From: Phoronis australis
Taxonomy: Eukaryota > Animalia > Phoronida
DNA length: 64,000 nucleotides
Direction: 5' to 3'
Assembly (NCBI GenBank): GCA_002633005.1
Contig: NMRA01000405.1
Span: 249,009 to 313,008, forward strand
The notes beneath the pieces are model-generated. The model saw only the letters and a program-made list of their open reading frames with translations. It did not search any database and was not told the DNA's origin. This document shows positions 11,955 through 25,695 of the stretch, piece after piece. Numbering within the stretch: the first letter of the stretch is position 1; the number at the start of each line of letters is the position of its first letter. Made by a program: the position numbers and the translations under genes.

Positions 11955-14900
11955 TTATGCGTAATTGTCCGCAAGAAATTGTAGGTATTTCTTATTTCTC
12001 TGCACTCTTGGCACCTTGAACTGAGACGCGGTGGCTTTGTCGTTATCGCTGAGAATAAGGTTCTTCAAACTTTGGAAACAACCGTTTTTAACTTGGTGGA
12101 CAACCATTGGCTTCAGCTCATCTCTTTCTCTCAAAATGTCGTAAAGCTCGTGCTGTTTACGTAAGTTGTCATCCAACTGAAATAGGCGTAAGACTAGCGT
12201 TATCATCGTCGTCATTATACCCATTCATGCAAGTGCTTGCCAAAACATTCCGGCATATTTCCCGTAATTTTTGGCGAATTTTTTCATTTGAGTGAACAAA
12301 GATAAAATCCCTCAAATTTTGCGCTCGTGCGATAAACTTGCAAGATTCTGAATCTGAAATTCCGGAAAAATCCGCTGCGAACGAGCCTTGCATTATCCTT
12401 ACATTCTCCTCTAACATTGTCGCTGAAATTAACATTCTCACCCGTACGTTTAACATCGTACCTAACGATTAGCAATAGCTGGCGTAATATTGTATCAGTG
12501 AATTTTTTAATATTCCTGAACCGCCGTCATCGTGTGTTACAAAACGCACATCTTCATCAAACAAGCAGAAGCGTTGAAAGCAATAAAACACGACGTCCCA
12601 CGCGATACCCAGCATAAGAATGCCTTGCAATCTGTAGGCAAGACTCTAACATGGCAAATACAAGTAGTTATGCATTGCAAAGAGTTTCCCGCCGTAAAGG
12701 GCAAAATTCGCTGGACTCCCAAAATGCCATACCTGCCTTCCGCTAAAAAGCAAGACTTCGAGAGATTAAGTGAGATATTGCCGCGTATTTTAAGTGAGAA
12801 CATGTGACTTCACCTAGATTTTAGCTAGGTCCTAGCGTAGGTCCTAGCGTAGGTCCTAGCGAAATCCCCCCCCCCCACCAATCCGTCTGTACTTACGCGC
12901 TCTTTCTGTTCGTCTGACAACTTGACAGAGTCTCCGCTCTTTGAGCACACCTCTACGAATACCACGTAAAATTTGTCGGTGGTGGCACGGTCTAGAAGAT
13001 AAACAATAAAATTGGGACACAAAGATGCTAATTTCATCAATCAGTAAGAAAAGTAAAATGCGCACAAGGCACTCGTTGTAAGTTCTCTTTTAATTACACC
13101 AAATACATAAATTTATGTTATTAAGCATTAACGGTCTGTGGAAATTATAACGAGACTGGTGAACTACAGACACCACCATTATTGGTGGCAGCAAAACAAA
13201 GACTACATTGAGGAAAACAAAGGCAGGTACAGGACTGATGTCAAAGGTCAATATAACAATCCAAGCGATAACATTGAATAAACATCACTCGGGAATGACT
13301 CAAATTTTGAATTAAAATTCGTTCATGATTTATTAGAGTTGCATTTCACCTTGTGCAGCTGGAACAAATCGAATTAGGAATGTTACTCTCATAAAATCGG
13401 CTTCGCCATATTGTTCATCGTAATTGGATTCTATTTCCGTTACAGATATTGCGAATACGCGTCACTCTCGACTTCGCAATTTTAGGGTTCGCCAACCCCA
13501 TTAAACTCTGAAGCATTTTACTGAGTCGATGATGGTTCCGATGTTCACGTTGCCAACGGAAACAGAATCCTATCTCGGTAAGGCCTGATTTTATGTTAGT
13601 AAGAGGCCATTTTCGTGTTTTATCCGGCTAAACAGGGCGAAACGTAGAAAGAGAAGACTAGCGTCTGACTATAGCGCCTATTTTTTGCCCCAGTTGGACT
13701 TGGTAATTCCATAGGTCCTTTGTATACCTTCGACTGCGTCCATGTTGACACCTTCGGTGGCAGTATATTCTATGAGAACGACTTGATCTCCCCATTCCTT
13801 CAATGTGTGCTCGACTGCAGCCAAGAACGCGCTCTCGGGAGTCTTTTCCCAGTGCGCGTTCAACATTTGCCCCAATCTAAAAAGTTTCGACAGCAGTAAG
13901 GAATAGTTCATTTTATAACATTACAGTTTCATTGGCAAGTACCGTGTATGCACATATTTAGGCGCATACGCCTATATCAGAAAATGCGTTTTTTCAAAGA
14001 AAGATTTCCCGAAGTGTTTTGCGTATGTGGCTACGCTTCAGTTAGAGACACATGCGACATTTCCTTGTATACGTGCATATGTCTTGGGGTGTTCTTGTGT
14101 GTCTGGTGCATACGAATGAACTTATTAATTCGTAAAAACACTAACATGGATGAATATAATGTAGGACCGTGGGAGCGTGCGATACATTCCGGATATAAAC
14201 GCAGCATGTACAGGTACGGTGAAATTTTGTTCGAGATCTAGCTGAGTCGCGCTTCGTGACAAAACCTTAGTTGCAAAATGCACGTTCAGGACTAACAAAC
14301 TCAGTCCTGTGTCGCCATTACCCCCTCGTTGTTACCATGTTTGCCCCAGTCAAGCCGTAACCTACTCTATCGCTACAACTGTTTTTCTTAATGCCTGGAA
14401 CGCCCCCTTTCACCGAGATTAGTTATTTCAGATCTAAAACACCGATCATGTAAATTCTATCGCTTTTAGGAACCTTAATGGTAATTGATCTATATCTTAC
14501 TCGAACTAAATCATCATATAAGCGTATCACACAAAGAAAGACGTACATGTATTCCTAATGCCGTTCGTGTCTCAATTTCCACATACCTGTACAAAAATCG
14601 GTAAACTGGAATCTGTCCTTCAAAACTCTCGATTTTGATCACGTCCCCAATTCTGTAGCGGTAGAACCCAAAAGGGTTCGTTACTACTAGTTCATAGTTC
14701 TTCCCAACTTCGACCTAGTAAAAACAATCGTAAATTAAGTATACTTGGAGGACACGAACAGAAACGAAGTGCAACTTTAAATGTGTGACACTGTGCCAGA
14801 AGCAGTCCTCGCTCCAAAACCTTAGCTTGAATTGCAATGATGAGAACAAAGCTAAGCGCAGGATATAAATGCAGTGTCCAACTAGGGGACAATATATACA

Positions 14901-17900
14901 GGCTTCCAAGTTCTGAACGTTATAGAACGCACGAGGCGATACATGTGGATAATATATCGAGATTCCAGAAATGCAGACCAATTTAAGAAGGCAATTGCGT
15001 ACCTAACGGTGCTCCCCTCCCCTAAGTTACCACCGATGTCGTACCGCCCCCCCCCCACTGGTCCTCAACAATTTTCGTGCCGCGTCTCCCTTATCAAGCA
15101 CAATTCTTAACGAATCTAATTTTTTATGAGGGCGTCCGATCCACTATGGAAAAGAATCAGTTAAAGGACATTTCATCCAGAGACGATTTTTTGTAAGAAA
15201 TTTTGAAATAATTAAGTAAAAAATTCAATGAGATCGATCAGCACAGGGACGCAAGTCTATAAATAATTTGTTTTGTATTGAGCCATGAGCTATAGGGAGT
15301 TCTCTAACCTGGTGTGCCAGGACAGTTGAAGGACTGTCTGCTTGGAGCTCCTCTTCTGGGATAAATTCATAGAACTGTTTAGTGGGACACAACATGAATC
15401 TTGCGTCTGGTTCCTCGGGCCAAATATTTATACCGAAAATCCCCTCCGTGGCAGCGTGCATATTGGTGTATACAAGGACCCCATCCAGGTAATGAGATAA
15501 CGGCTCACGGTAGTTACTGAAGCTCCCCGTCAAGACACACACAACCATCCTCATGTCGGGCCACACACGACGGACAATGCCAAACATCCCCTTGGAAAAC
15601 TCCACCCGAAGAAATTCTGCCCTTTCCGGATTCGGTTGTAAATGCAGTTCTAGTTTGCTTCTCAAATCAAGGGGAATATCAAGGTCTCTTTTTAGGGCAC
15701 CCATCTCTATATCCGTGCAAATGTCTGACCATTCTGCTTCAAGTTGGCGATAAAATGACAGGGTGGACGGAGCCAAACTATGCGATATGAACGACAAGTC
15801 GTATTGCAACGAAAAAACACAGGCGATGTAGTAAAACTCGCGTTCTGTGTGGATATCGTACAAAACTTTGGGAAACGATAATAGACAGGGCTGTAACGAT
15901 GGAATGCTCTTGGCACCCAGACTTCCGCAATCTATCCCGGTTTTAGTTTTGGAAAGTTTTGGAGCTACGGCCAATAAACCAAGCGGTCGAACCGTGAAAG
16001 ACGGTTGATTGGTTTTAGCTATCATCTTGTTGCCTGCCAACGTCACAAGTATCGCGTGGACTTTCAGTAACTGGTTAAATAAGCCCCAGTTGTATGGATA
16101 AACTTTATTCTTGCCCGAAGTGCCAGAAGTAAAAACGACGAAGTCGACAGGAAATTTTGATTCGTTCAACTGCACGTTGGTTTCCCCGTCGATACGTCGG
16201 TCTACGTAGGGTCTGTAATGGTCGTATGTCGTCAGTGGGTGGTTAAGTCTGAACTCGGAGACAGACTTAATCTGGGCTAAATGAAAATCTTCAGCGTACT
16301 TCGTGCAGCCATTTGTCTCCAAACACCACATCAACATTTTCTCTTGTTCTTTGATAAAATTCGAGGTGAACTTCTCAAGTGACATAAGCTTTATCAAAAC
16401 TCCCGGAACATAAACTCTCCAAAGCGAAAACAGGCGCCACGCTGTGCAGTGGTTACACGGCTTTCTTCTTGATATGTCTAAACAAATCAGCGAAGTTACC
16501 ATAAGCACAAGACTCGTAGCCACTGAAACCAAACAAAAATATTCATGTTTTTTATTTTATTGACAAGAACAAATTCACGCGTTACGCTTCCAGAGCCTGA
16601 TATATAGGCCTAGTTACATTTTAGAAGCTACCTGGACTTTTTGATATGACAATTTGTTGGTGTCTAAGGAAATAAATGTGCACCGGAGGTCAGAAAAACA
16701 TGCAACCTCAAACAATCGTGTCTGGGCGTAGGCCGGCCCATGCAGCTTCATTTGAAGCAGCACCTCAAACCGGGATCAGGGGCATGCGACTAACACAAAC
16801 TACTTGAGCAAAAACCAACTAGGAGGAAGTGAGTAAAATTTAACTTTTCATGGTATCAAAACATTGTGCATGCGCCTGTATGAGAAACACTTGAGTAAAT
16901 TAAAAAATCGCCCATTACATCGAATGGAGGCTTGTAAGACTCTGACATGCACGCAAATACGGTAAGACAAAACAAGTCTATGTACTCCAACGTTACTAGG
17001 CAACAGATGTAGAGAACTAAAGGTATTAAACTCGTCTTACTTAAGACCTTGAATTACTTCAGGTCGGAGACAAGTGCAGAAGGCAGTGGGAAATTACACA
17101 AATTTCCCCTTGAGATAATGTAATGTTTATTAAGTTAATGTACAGAGAAGCCTGACGAATGCGGTACGCAGTCCGAGAGGGGGTGGGTACTCAGGTAAAA
17201 GACGATCGGGGATCAGAAATGCAGAGGGGTGACTGCGGTCTCGATCTTGATCGATACGCGGAATGATGTCAATTAGGATATTACTTCATCTACGCCAATA
17301 GAGGTACGTTCTGTATTTATCCCATACGCTTCGAATTCCTAAGTTTCTTTCATTTTTTGCGGCAAATCTTTTAAATATTTCAACCAGACTGTAGACGTGG
17401 CGGGTCACATCCTATACGTATGTACTTGCCCGTTAGGTTACACGTTTTCTCTGGTAAAAGAAGCAGTTTTAACTGTAACGATTTATTACTTGAAAAGAGA
17501 TAACAAAGATGAAAACAACGATAATTGTGCATTGAACTTGTGAAATTCCTGAAAATAATTAAATAACAACAATATTTGATATTGTATTTACCGAGGAATC
17601 GGCGCATGAGTTGCGGCCGATATGATATTTAGCAATTCAAAACTGATACAGAAGTGTCATATAATTAACAGTTTTGTTCCAGATTTTACATTTGGGACCT
17701 CATTGCGTGTTAAATGTTATTTATACTGTTGCAATTGTATTACTATAAACTATTTTGGGAAAGTTTAAAGGAGAATGCCACACGATTTAATTATTTTTTT
17801 TACCGTCTTAATCGGTCTATATCCACATCGCCTCGCATACGGTCGACCTCACCGTGCCGAGATGTGTCACGTTAACCTGTGAGGAAGGTGAGAAACGACG

Positions 17901-20900
17901 CAGCGACGTCAGTGGTTCATTTGCAAAGTGAATGCCGTCATGTTGTGGTGCATCGTTCCCGCTTGTCCAAAGTAGGCAGCTGCGAGGAAACTGGGTATAT
18001 CGTTTGTTTCGACTTCCTCGAGAGTTCTAAATGCTTAGGAAGTGGCTCGCGATAGTGAAGAATGAAAAGTACGCAGTTAATATTAAGTATGAGACCGAGA
18101 TACATCTCCGCTGGTGTCTGTGGCCGGCAGTCGTCGACAGTGAGTCTGACGAATGCCGGCTTACCAAAGAACTATCCATACTTCCCGTTGTGCATGTTCA
18201 CGGCGCCTCTCTAGTATTTCTCGATCACTGTATTTCTGTTTGAACTGATAGCCTGTGAAACTTAACGGTCCACCTTCGAAATCTTCGTCGGATGAGTTCT
18301 CGCCAGAAGTCGGGATTGCCAGTTGCCCTGTTTACGTTTATTTTTCTACGTTCTGTTTCAAAATTAATTATTCACACCCTAACCAACGCTTATATAAACT
18401 GAAACAAAGCCTGTGTCATTAGATGCAATTTGTAATGCCTTTGGAGTATTCGTGAGTGCAAATGTTTTGAGAAGCCAGCAGTAAATAAACCACTGCGTTA
18501 CCGACTTCAGATGCAATGAAGGTAATTGACCGGGCATCGAGGCCGTGTGAGCGCATACTAATTCAGTGTTTGCTGACAGAAAGTTGTTGGGAAAGAATAA
18601 CTCGATTTTACATGCTATGGTCACATGTTAGGGTAATCATTATTTAGATATACATATACATTATTCACATCATTGCTACTGTACAACTTTTGCCCTGAAG
18701 GTTCTGTAAAAGGACAAGTTGACTGACTTCGGGGCCCCCGACAAGTAATAGACAGGCAGCCCAGAGCACTTAGCATAGATGAACGAGGTACCAACATCTG
18801 ACCACGGGAGCATTTAAAGTCCACCTCAGTATGTACAGAAATGGACGTCTGCCGTTGTCTGCACTCTGGGTGTGACCCCTGGGGGCCTTACAAAGAGTCC
18901 AAAAAATGAGCTGGCACATACATTCGAGGTACCACACGAAACCAGGCGTGCGTTCAGTAGACGCTAGGACCTACGGTAGGACTTAGCTAAAACCTAGTCA
19001 AAGTCACATGTTCTCATTTAAAATGCACGGCATTATCTCACGTAATCTCGCGAAGTCTTGATTTTTAGCGAGGTCCTAGCGTTACTGACCGGGAGGCAGG
19101 CAATGCTGCAGCGAGACCTCTTGTTACCAAAACACGTCGTTGTTTATACCGGTATTTTTATTTAAATAGCATTGGGACTCCACTTCGTGGCTGCGCACCA
19201 AATTATGGGTGATCTGTATTTTATCACGGAAGACATTATGTCGGCCATCGACAAACGACTCCGCGAAACTACTTGAAAACATTGCAAACACTATACACTA
19301 CACTGAATTTCTACATCATGTAAAGATTTCTTCAAAAACTTACCACTAGGCGAGTTAACTGCCTTACATCTTGACACCCGTCTGCTTTTCGCTTATAGTG
19401 ATCATGAGAGTAAACACAGGCTTTAGTGAACGAAAGTTTTCTATAATTTGTTTTTGTTTCCTGCAGTCCCGCTTTTTGCAGTTAACTTATTAAATACACC
19501 ACTTTTGTCACCAATTTAGAATATGTGTACTTCGATTTCCGTGGTGCAATTTTTAACATCTTGTTGTCCAGTTGTTTGGATTTCCCACCCGAGTACTTGA
19601 ACAAGCAAGGTAAAGCTGCATGGACAATTGTAGCTCCATTTTTAAAGGTCCTTTCTGGGTTTCTGGCCGACTATTTTCAGAGTAAAATTTGTCTTTCACG
19701 GGTCATTGGGTGTTCAGTGCAGCACGATTGTTGGTTTTAAAACAGTTTAAGCTGATACCTTGAAAATCTGACTGTCTCAAAAATGGCATACCGTGGTTGA
19801 GATTTTTGAGGGTTTCTGCCAGGCACAATCCAGAGTGTATTTTGTCTGCCGGTCATAGGGCATTTAATGACCTGTGACATGTATTGAATCTCATGTAATT
19901 GCTTTTGTGGTACCTCGAATGTATGTGCTAACTCATTTTTATGGGGTCTTTTTTGGTTTCTGCTGGACCCATTCCAGAGTGCAATTTGTCTGTCATGGGT
20001 CATTCAATGTTCAGTGTGGTGTTATTGTTCGTTTTAAATCAGTTTTGACCGCTACCTCGAAAATCTAGTCTAGATAAAAATTTTGATGGCATACCGTGGT
20101 TAAGATTTTTGGGGGTTTCTGCCGAGCACAATCCAGAGTGTATTTTGTCTGTCATAGGGCTTTTAGTGATCTGTGACATGTATTGAACCATATGGAATTG
20201 GTTTTGTGTGGTACCTCGAATGTATGTGCTAGCTCATTTTGGGGGGTCCTTTTCTGGTTTTTGCCGGACCCATTCCAGAGTGCAGTTTGTCTGTCATGGG
20301 TCATTTGGTGTTCAGTGCGGTACTATTGTTCGTTTAAAATCTGTTTTGGCCGGTACCTCGAAAATCTAATCTAGCTCAAATTTTTGATGGCATACCACGG
20401 TTGAGATTTTTGGGGGTTTCTGCCGGGCACAACCCAGAGTGTATTTCGTCTGCCTTTGTCATAGGGGTTTTAGTGATCTGTGACATGTATTGAACCATAT
20501 GGAATTGGTTTTGTGTGGTACCTCGAATGTATGTGCTAGCTCATTTTGGGGGTCCTTTTTTGGTTTCTGCCGGACCCAACTGAAAAAAATCGCAAGTCTG
20601 AAAGTACAACACACAGCTATCTTTTATGTCTCTATTTTACGGAAGAATGATTCGAATTTATCACCAAACAGATCCAAACTCCCGCGATCAACCATGATAA
20701 ATTGGCCTACCGAACCTAGGAGTCGTACACTCCTTGACAGAACTCTGTAGCCTACCGTACGTTGAAATACCTATAAATCCGTAACAGTGAAATAATACAA
20801 CACGTTTGTTCAAGAACTTGATGTATTTGTAAGGGTTTTACATCGAAATTTGGTGATTTATTGGTGTAAAACGATGCATTCAAGCGATAAGTTGACATCA

Positions 20901-23896
20901 ATAACCGTGTTGTGAACGGCTGAACAGACTGCGTTCGAACCAATTACGTCATTGGTTAATGTCAACTTCTCCGTCTGCCGTCAGGTGTCAGGTGAAACAA
21001 CTGAACTTGCTGATATCGAGTGGAACTACTCGATCTAAATTGACTTAGTGGCGGATCTACGGGGGGGGGGGGGTTCAGGGGATTTAATCCCCCCCTTGCA
21101 CCAGGACCCAAAAATAAAAAAAAACGTCTCCAACAAAACAAAAACGGCCCCGCTAGCGTGTGTAAGCCCCAAGTAAACCAACTTGGAAAAAATTGAGGGG
21201 GGTTCACTCTGAAAATATGATTTTTTGCATTGTGAATTGCTGAGTCTTCGTGGCTCATCGGCAAAACGCGCGGAGATCAGTTGTGTGCGCGCTTCCGTCG
21301 ACACTTCTGAAGTAGCCATGCATTTTAGATGTATCCACCGCTGAAAGAGCAGTTCTATAGCTGATTTCTTTAGGTAACTAGCTTCTTTACTCTAAGATAT
21401 GTTTTGATTTGATTAGGGCAAATACTGTGGTGCCGCAACGCTGATATTCAGGCAAATTGACGAGCAACATTTTTACCTCATCTGTCATGCCGTATTACAC
21501 TCCACACGTTTGTAACTGATGTAAAGTTGTCTTGCGCAATATCATACTGTGTACATGTACATGCAATATTTTTGAAAAAAAATCTTTTCCGAAGATTTGC
21601 TATAGTGGCGGGCGCCGTGGTCTGGTCGCGAGTCCGTTTGAAGATACACTCTAGCAAGTTATGTCTATACAAGGAATGACCAAGGGGGCACTCACATTGA
21701 CAAAGAGACCGCATTCGCGAACAGTGTACATGTACAGTACCAGAAATTGCGGGGAGGCTGTTCTTTCACAACAAAGTCTTACGGGATTCGTGCGATGTTC
21801 AATAGGCCTATGGAGTCCTAGTTCCGACCTCAACACCTACCGTCTTTCTACCTCCAATAAGCACACTGCTGTGTTTTATACTGGGAATTTCCGCAAAAAG
21901 ACCCACCCGATGAAACGCTCATGCCCATGGGCATTTATTTGATGTTTGTACTTCGGGTTTCAAGCGTTCAGACATTGGGACGTTTATTTAGAAAATTGCA
22001 AGAGATGCAAATAGGTCCTGGGATACATCGTCAAAGTTTGAAACAGTCCATGATGAACGGAACAAATTTAGTTGCGCATGTAAGTCTTTTGAATGGACTT
22101 GGCAACAAGGGTCTTAGTGCCAAGTGAGCTGCGAAACGAGATGCTGACATTGCAGAGGCTTACAAGCTCATTGACACAGCAGTTGACGAAGTGCCAGCGT
22201 TGGGAACAATCATCGAAGATATCTGGGTAGAATGGTTCCTAGAGGAGCAAACCATTGGATCTGATATACAGATTCCTCGGCAGTCTAGACAACAGAAGGA
22301 TAGGACTAACGTATGAGTAACCACTGGGGATTAAAAAGTGTCTAGAGAGAAGTTTTCAATTCAAAATTTTTTTAGGTCTCGCGACGGACCAGGCCAGCTT
22401 GATTTGTGTAGATGTTGAGTTTTAGTGTACTTCTCGTCCCTCGGCGAACTAGTCTTGTGATGTTTTACCAATGTGTGCTTTGTAAAACTATTCCAGCCAG
22501 TACTGTTTGGTCCCGCGACAGATCGACTATTTTTATAGAGATAATAAGCACAGGTGTACTCTTGGTCTCGTGACGGACCAGGTCAGCCTTTTTGTGTACT
22601 CTCAGTGTACATCTGGTCCCTCTGCAAACTAGTCCAGTAGGGCCTATATCTTTTCACCACTGTGCACAGGATGTTTTGGTTTCGTGAAACTGTTTTCAGA
22701 TGATTTGTTTCCTGATACATTTGATCTTTTTCAATTGTTGTCAACGTGATTCTTTACTATTTATTGTCGCTTTCAATAATAGACTATGAGCTGAGAGCAC
22801 CATCGTTCGCCACTAAGTTTTCCTCGTAACGAGACAGAACACATGTTTATTTCCGGACTAACAGTACAGGTATTCGTTGTTAAACAACTTGAGGCTGCTG
22901 TTTCGCGATCATCTGCTATTCAAGTTTTTACGCCCCGTCGATGCTCCTTATGCTCTTGAATATTTGGAAGTTGTCTAAACCCCTGTATACACACCACACT
23001 TTTTCGTATACAACTTTTCGTATGCAAAAAAGGTGTGTGTAAGCAGATGTGCCAACAAAAATTTTTGCTGGTGGCGTGACTCATACCCAGATGTGCACAA
23101 TATGGTTTCACGAAACTTATAAGCCAAGTTCATGTGACGAAATCGTGAAGGGTTTTTAACTGTCTTAAGAAAAACTCCAGAGACATGTTAAGTGCCAGAA
23201 ACTTACCACGATGCATGGAAATTTCNACAAAAGTGCAATAAATAAACGCAAACGCGCAATTCACAATGGTGCGCCCGTTTTTTTTTTAGTCTGTCCGCTC
23301 TTTTGTTAGCAAAAGGTCCATAACGTCAGGAATTCGAGCTCCCCCATTTTGAAGGCTGGTTGAAGTAGGTTGTTTTTTGGGTGGCCATTCTCCTTTATGA
23401 TCGCACCGGCTAACGACGTCGAGTCGACATTGACGTCAGAGGGCACTGTTGAAGTAGTCCGGAAAACAATATCACTAGTGGCTGGAAGAGATAACCCCTG
23501 CTAGTGGTTAACAATATCACATGACCGTATTGCACCATGGACATTGCAATAGGCTGATTCAACGCGTATGGGATAAATAACGATTACGGTCGCAAAACAC
23601 GAGGTCCGCTAGGTCGTAACTACGAGCGTAACCGACAGCCGCCGCCGGTCTCAGTGCTCTCCGGTTTCAGATAAACAATCGAGCTGCTCCGGTTTGCTCA
23701 GTTCACAAACTAAATCAACAAATCCTAATCCCAAAGACGTTCTACGGTCTCTGTTATAATACCTACCTTGAAGAAAAGTGTAAAACATCGCCGCATCTCG
23801 CCATCCTTTTCCGAAAGCGCCAATAACAAGTGCTGCAGCAGTAAACGACACCGCGGATAACAAACGAAAGTGGGTAACACTCTTCATGTTGTGCAT
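11955..23896 (-). CDS. GHDC: GH3 domain-containing protein (acyl-acid-amido synthetase / adenylate-forming fold), 6 coding exons, ~645 aa
   Basis: Exons 23896-23767, 16522-15309, 14714-14587, 13876-13728, 12991-12897, 12176-11955; all GT-AG with matching phases (1938 nt total). Motifs PLTTYDHY, TSGTSGKNK, HAATEG, FYEFIP, YELVVT..YRYRIGDV, EKT, YVVFVE, QFKVPR. Exon 1 is least certain (supported by strong donor CAAG|gtaggt and phase match). Confidence 0.9.
12732..12861 (-). mobile_element. MITE family copy (partial), PIF/Harbinger-like
   Basis: Reverse-complement match to copies at 18946-19097 and 25333-25485; tandem GGTCCTAGCGTA subrepeats. Confidence 0.75.
17766..18200 (+). mobile_element. 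Decayed Kolobok-like 5' end with THAP-domain remnant
   Basis: TTAA-AGGAGAATGCCAC terminus, then from 17932 MPSCCG..RLFRLPREF*MLRKWLAIV..HLR..VCGRQ (THAP-like order C..FP..W..C.H, degraded). A possible partner end GTGGCCATTCTCCTTTA lies at ~23381-23397. Confidence 0.55.
18946..19097 (+). mobile_element. ~150-bp MITE, PIF/Harbinger-like
   Basis: Inverted ends TCAGTA(G)ACGCTAGGACC / GGTCCTAGCGTTACTGA; three related copies in the window. Confidence 0.8.
19645..20578. repeat. Tandem repeat, ~300-304 bp unit x ~3
   Basis: ATGGCATACC marker recurs at ~19783, ~20087 and ~20387 with colinear unit sequence. Confidence 0.9.
21047..22320 (+). mobile_element. Decayed hAT transposon (THAP12/PRKRIR-type transposase remnant)
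   Basis: TAGTGGCGGATCT-G-rich terminus at ~21047. ~22110-22315 reads KGLSAK*..RDADIAEAYKLIDTAVDEV..IEDIWVEWF..IQIPRQSRQQKDRTNV, typical of this hAT clade. Confidence 0.65.
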
Positions 23897-24554
23897 GCGG
23901 TTAACTGCGAGTACGGTAAACTATCCGTCTCATCTGTGTGCTGCAGCTATTTAAACTGTGATTCATTTGACCACGTGATAGATAGTGAACCTTATCCCAT
24001 AGAAGAGATCTACGCAACGGCCGACCTGGGGGTACTCGAACCACTCATTTTGTGGGAGATGTAGACCTCTGAGTTTAACCCATTAGGCTCGAAACCTTTA
24101 TCGGAAGGGATGGCACGCTATAAGAAAATGCGTGATGAGCACATCATTTGTATTAAAGACTTTTTTAAGATGAAGTAAATATTGAAAACCGATATGTAGA
24201 TGTGTGAAGACTACTGAAGTTGTGAAAAGCGGAACCTCATTTTTAGTTTCATATGGGTTGCTGGGAATTTCGTCGGAAAAGGCGGGGCCTCTCGTATGGA
24301 ACTTTGTCATGACCCCAAGGACACCATTTCGCACTCTTCTGAGCGACACGTCCCACCATGTAGGCATACACGTACCTCTTCTATGGGAGTACCCCCGGCT
24401 CTCGGAGGGGCGCTGCTCAAAGGGAATCGCCGGACTTTTTCGCGACCTGCCATGTTTCCTGCGAAAGGGTAGGCCTACCTTTTCTGACAAAATTCTCTAC
24501 ATTCACTTTGTGATTACAAAAGGCTCTTTTACCAAAGGTGTTTGGGCGTCAAAC

Positions 24555-24680
24555 GTATAGCCGAGTACCACAGAGAAAAATGTATAGGTCAGAAAGATAT
24601 AGCCGAGTAGCCCCGATAAAATATATAGGTTAGTGAGATATGGCCAAGTAGCCAAGCGAATATATATACATATACATATA
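24555..24680. repeat. Degenerate ~42-bp tandem repeat x ~3
   Basis: TATAGCCGAGTA..ATATATAGGT recurs three times. Confidence 0.65.
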
Positions 24681-25332
24681 GGTTAGTAAGACTGCAGTTA
24701 GTACAATGTCCGTCGGTGTCGTAACGTCTGTGGATATTTTTGACTGTTTGGGCGGAGCACATTAAAATTAAAAAAAAATTCATAATGCTAGGGCCAATCG
24801 AAGAAACGGACCCCATTTTAACTCGTTCCTATTCCAATGGGATGCTTATGATTAAATAGACCCATATCTGTAGCTTGATTTTTTCAAGATATCCCTTCCT
24901 TTTCTTTCACCGATTTGAAGTACCACATGATTTACCTCAGATGAAAGATTCGGAAATTTCAGCCCTGTATTTGTGTTTGTACGTGCGTTTCGTCACATTC
25001 GAAGCCTTTAGTATGTAAACAGTAACTGTTTCTTTCACATCGGTGTGAACACTTCAACAAACACAAAAACGTAGCACAGTTGTGAATTACCAATGTGACG
25101 GGAAGAAATCTGTACAAAATAGAGGACTATGTAGGCCTCTAAAGAGTAAATGGACATACAAGACCATAGAATGCTTTGACTATCCTATCTGTTGAATAAT
25201 TTTTGTGAGAAAAATAAACACGGCTTTACAACACTTAATTCACGAAACTGGATATACTAACACCATATTTTCCCTTCACCATTAGAAAATACCGAACCGC
25301 ACATTTATGAATGGCTCCACTTTTCGTCATTT

Positions 25333-25485
25333 CCGTGCGTTCAGTAACACTAGGACCTACGCTAGGACCTATAGCTAAAATCTAGACAAAATCACGTGAT
25401 CTCATTTAAAATACATGGCAATATCTCACATAATCTCGCGAAGTCTTGCTTTTTAGCGAGGTCCTAGCGTTACTGATTGGGAGGC
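25333..25485 (+). mobile_element. ~150-bp MITE, same family as 18946-19097
   Basis: Colinear sequence and the same inverted ends. Confidence 0.8.
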
Positions 25486-25567
25486 GGGTAAAACATCTGT
25501 AAACCGGAAGTCGTCATTCAGAGCCAATTTGTTGAGATGTGTTAAAGGGTTGACCCCGTGGAACTTG

Positions 25568-25695
25568 CGAAGTTTAGCAATGTAGTGCAGCCTATGGCTC
25601 TAGAGTAATCGAAGTTTAGCAATATAGTGCAGCCTATGGCTCTAGAGTAATCGAAGTTTAGCAATATAGTGCAGCCTGTGGCTCTAGAGTAATCG
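25568..25695. repeat. Tandem repeat, 42 bp x 3
   Basis: CGAAGTTTAGCAATATAGTGCAGCCTATGGCTCTAGAGTAAT at 25568, 25610 and 25652. Confidence 0.95.

Noticed and set aside
15225-16532. GH3 ORF as a standalone bacterial-type gene
   Set aside because: It lacks the C-terminal motifs, which lie in four downstream GT-AG exons; it is one exon of a spliced gene.
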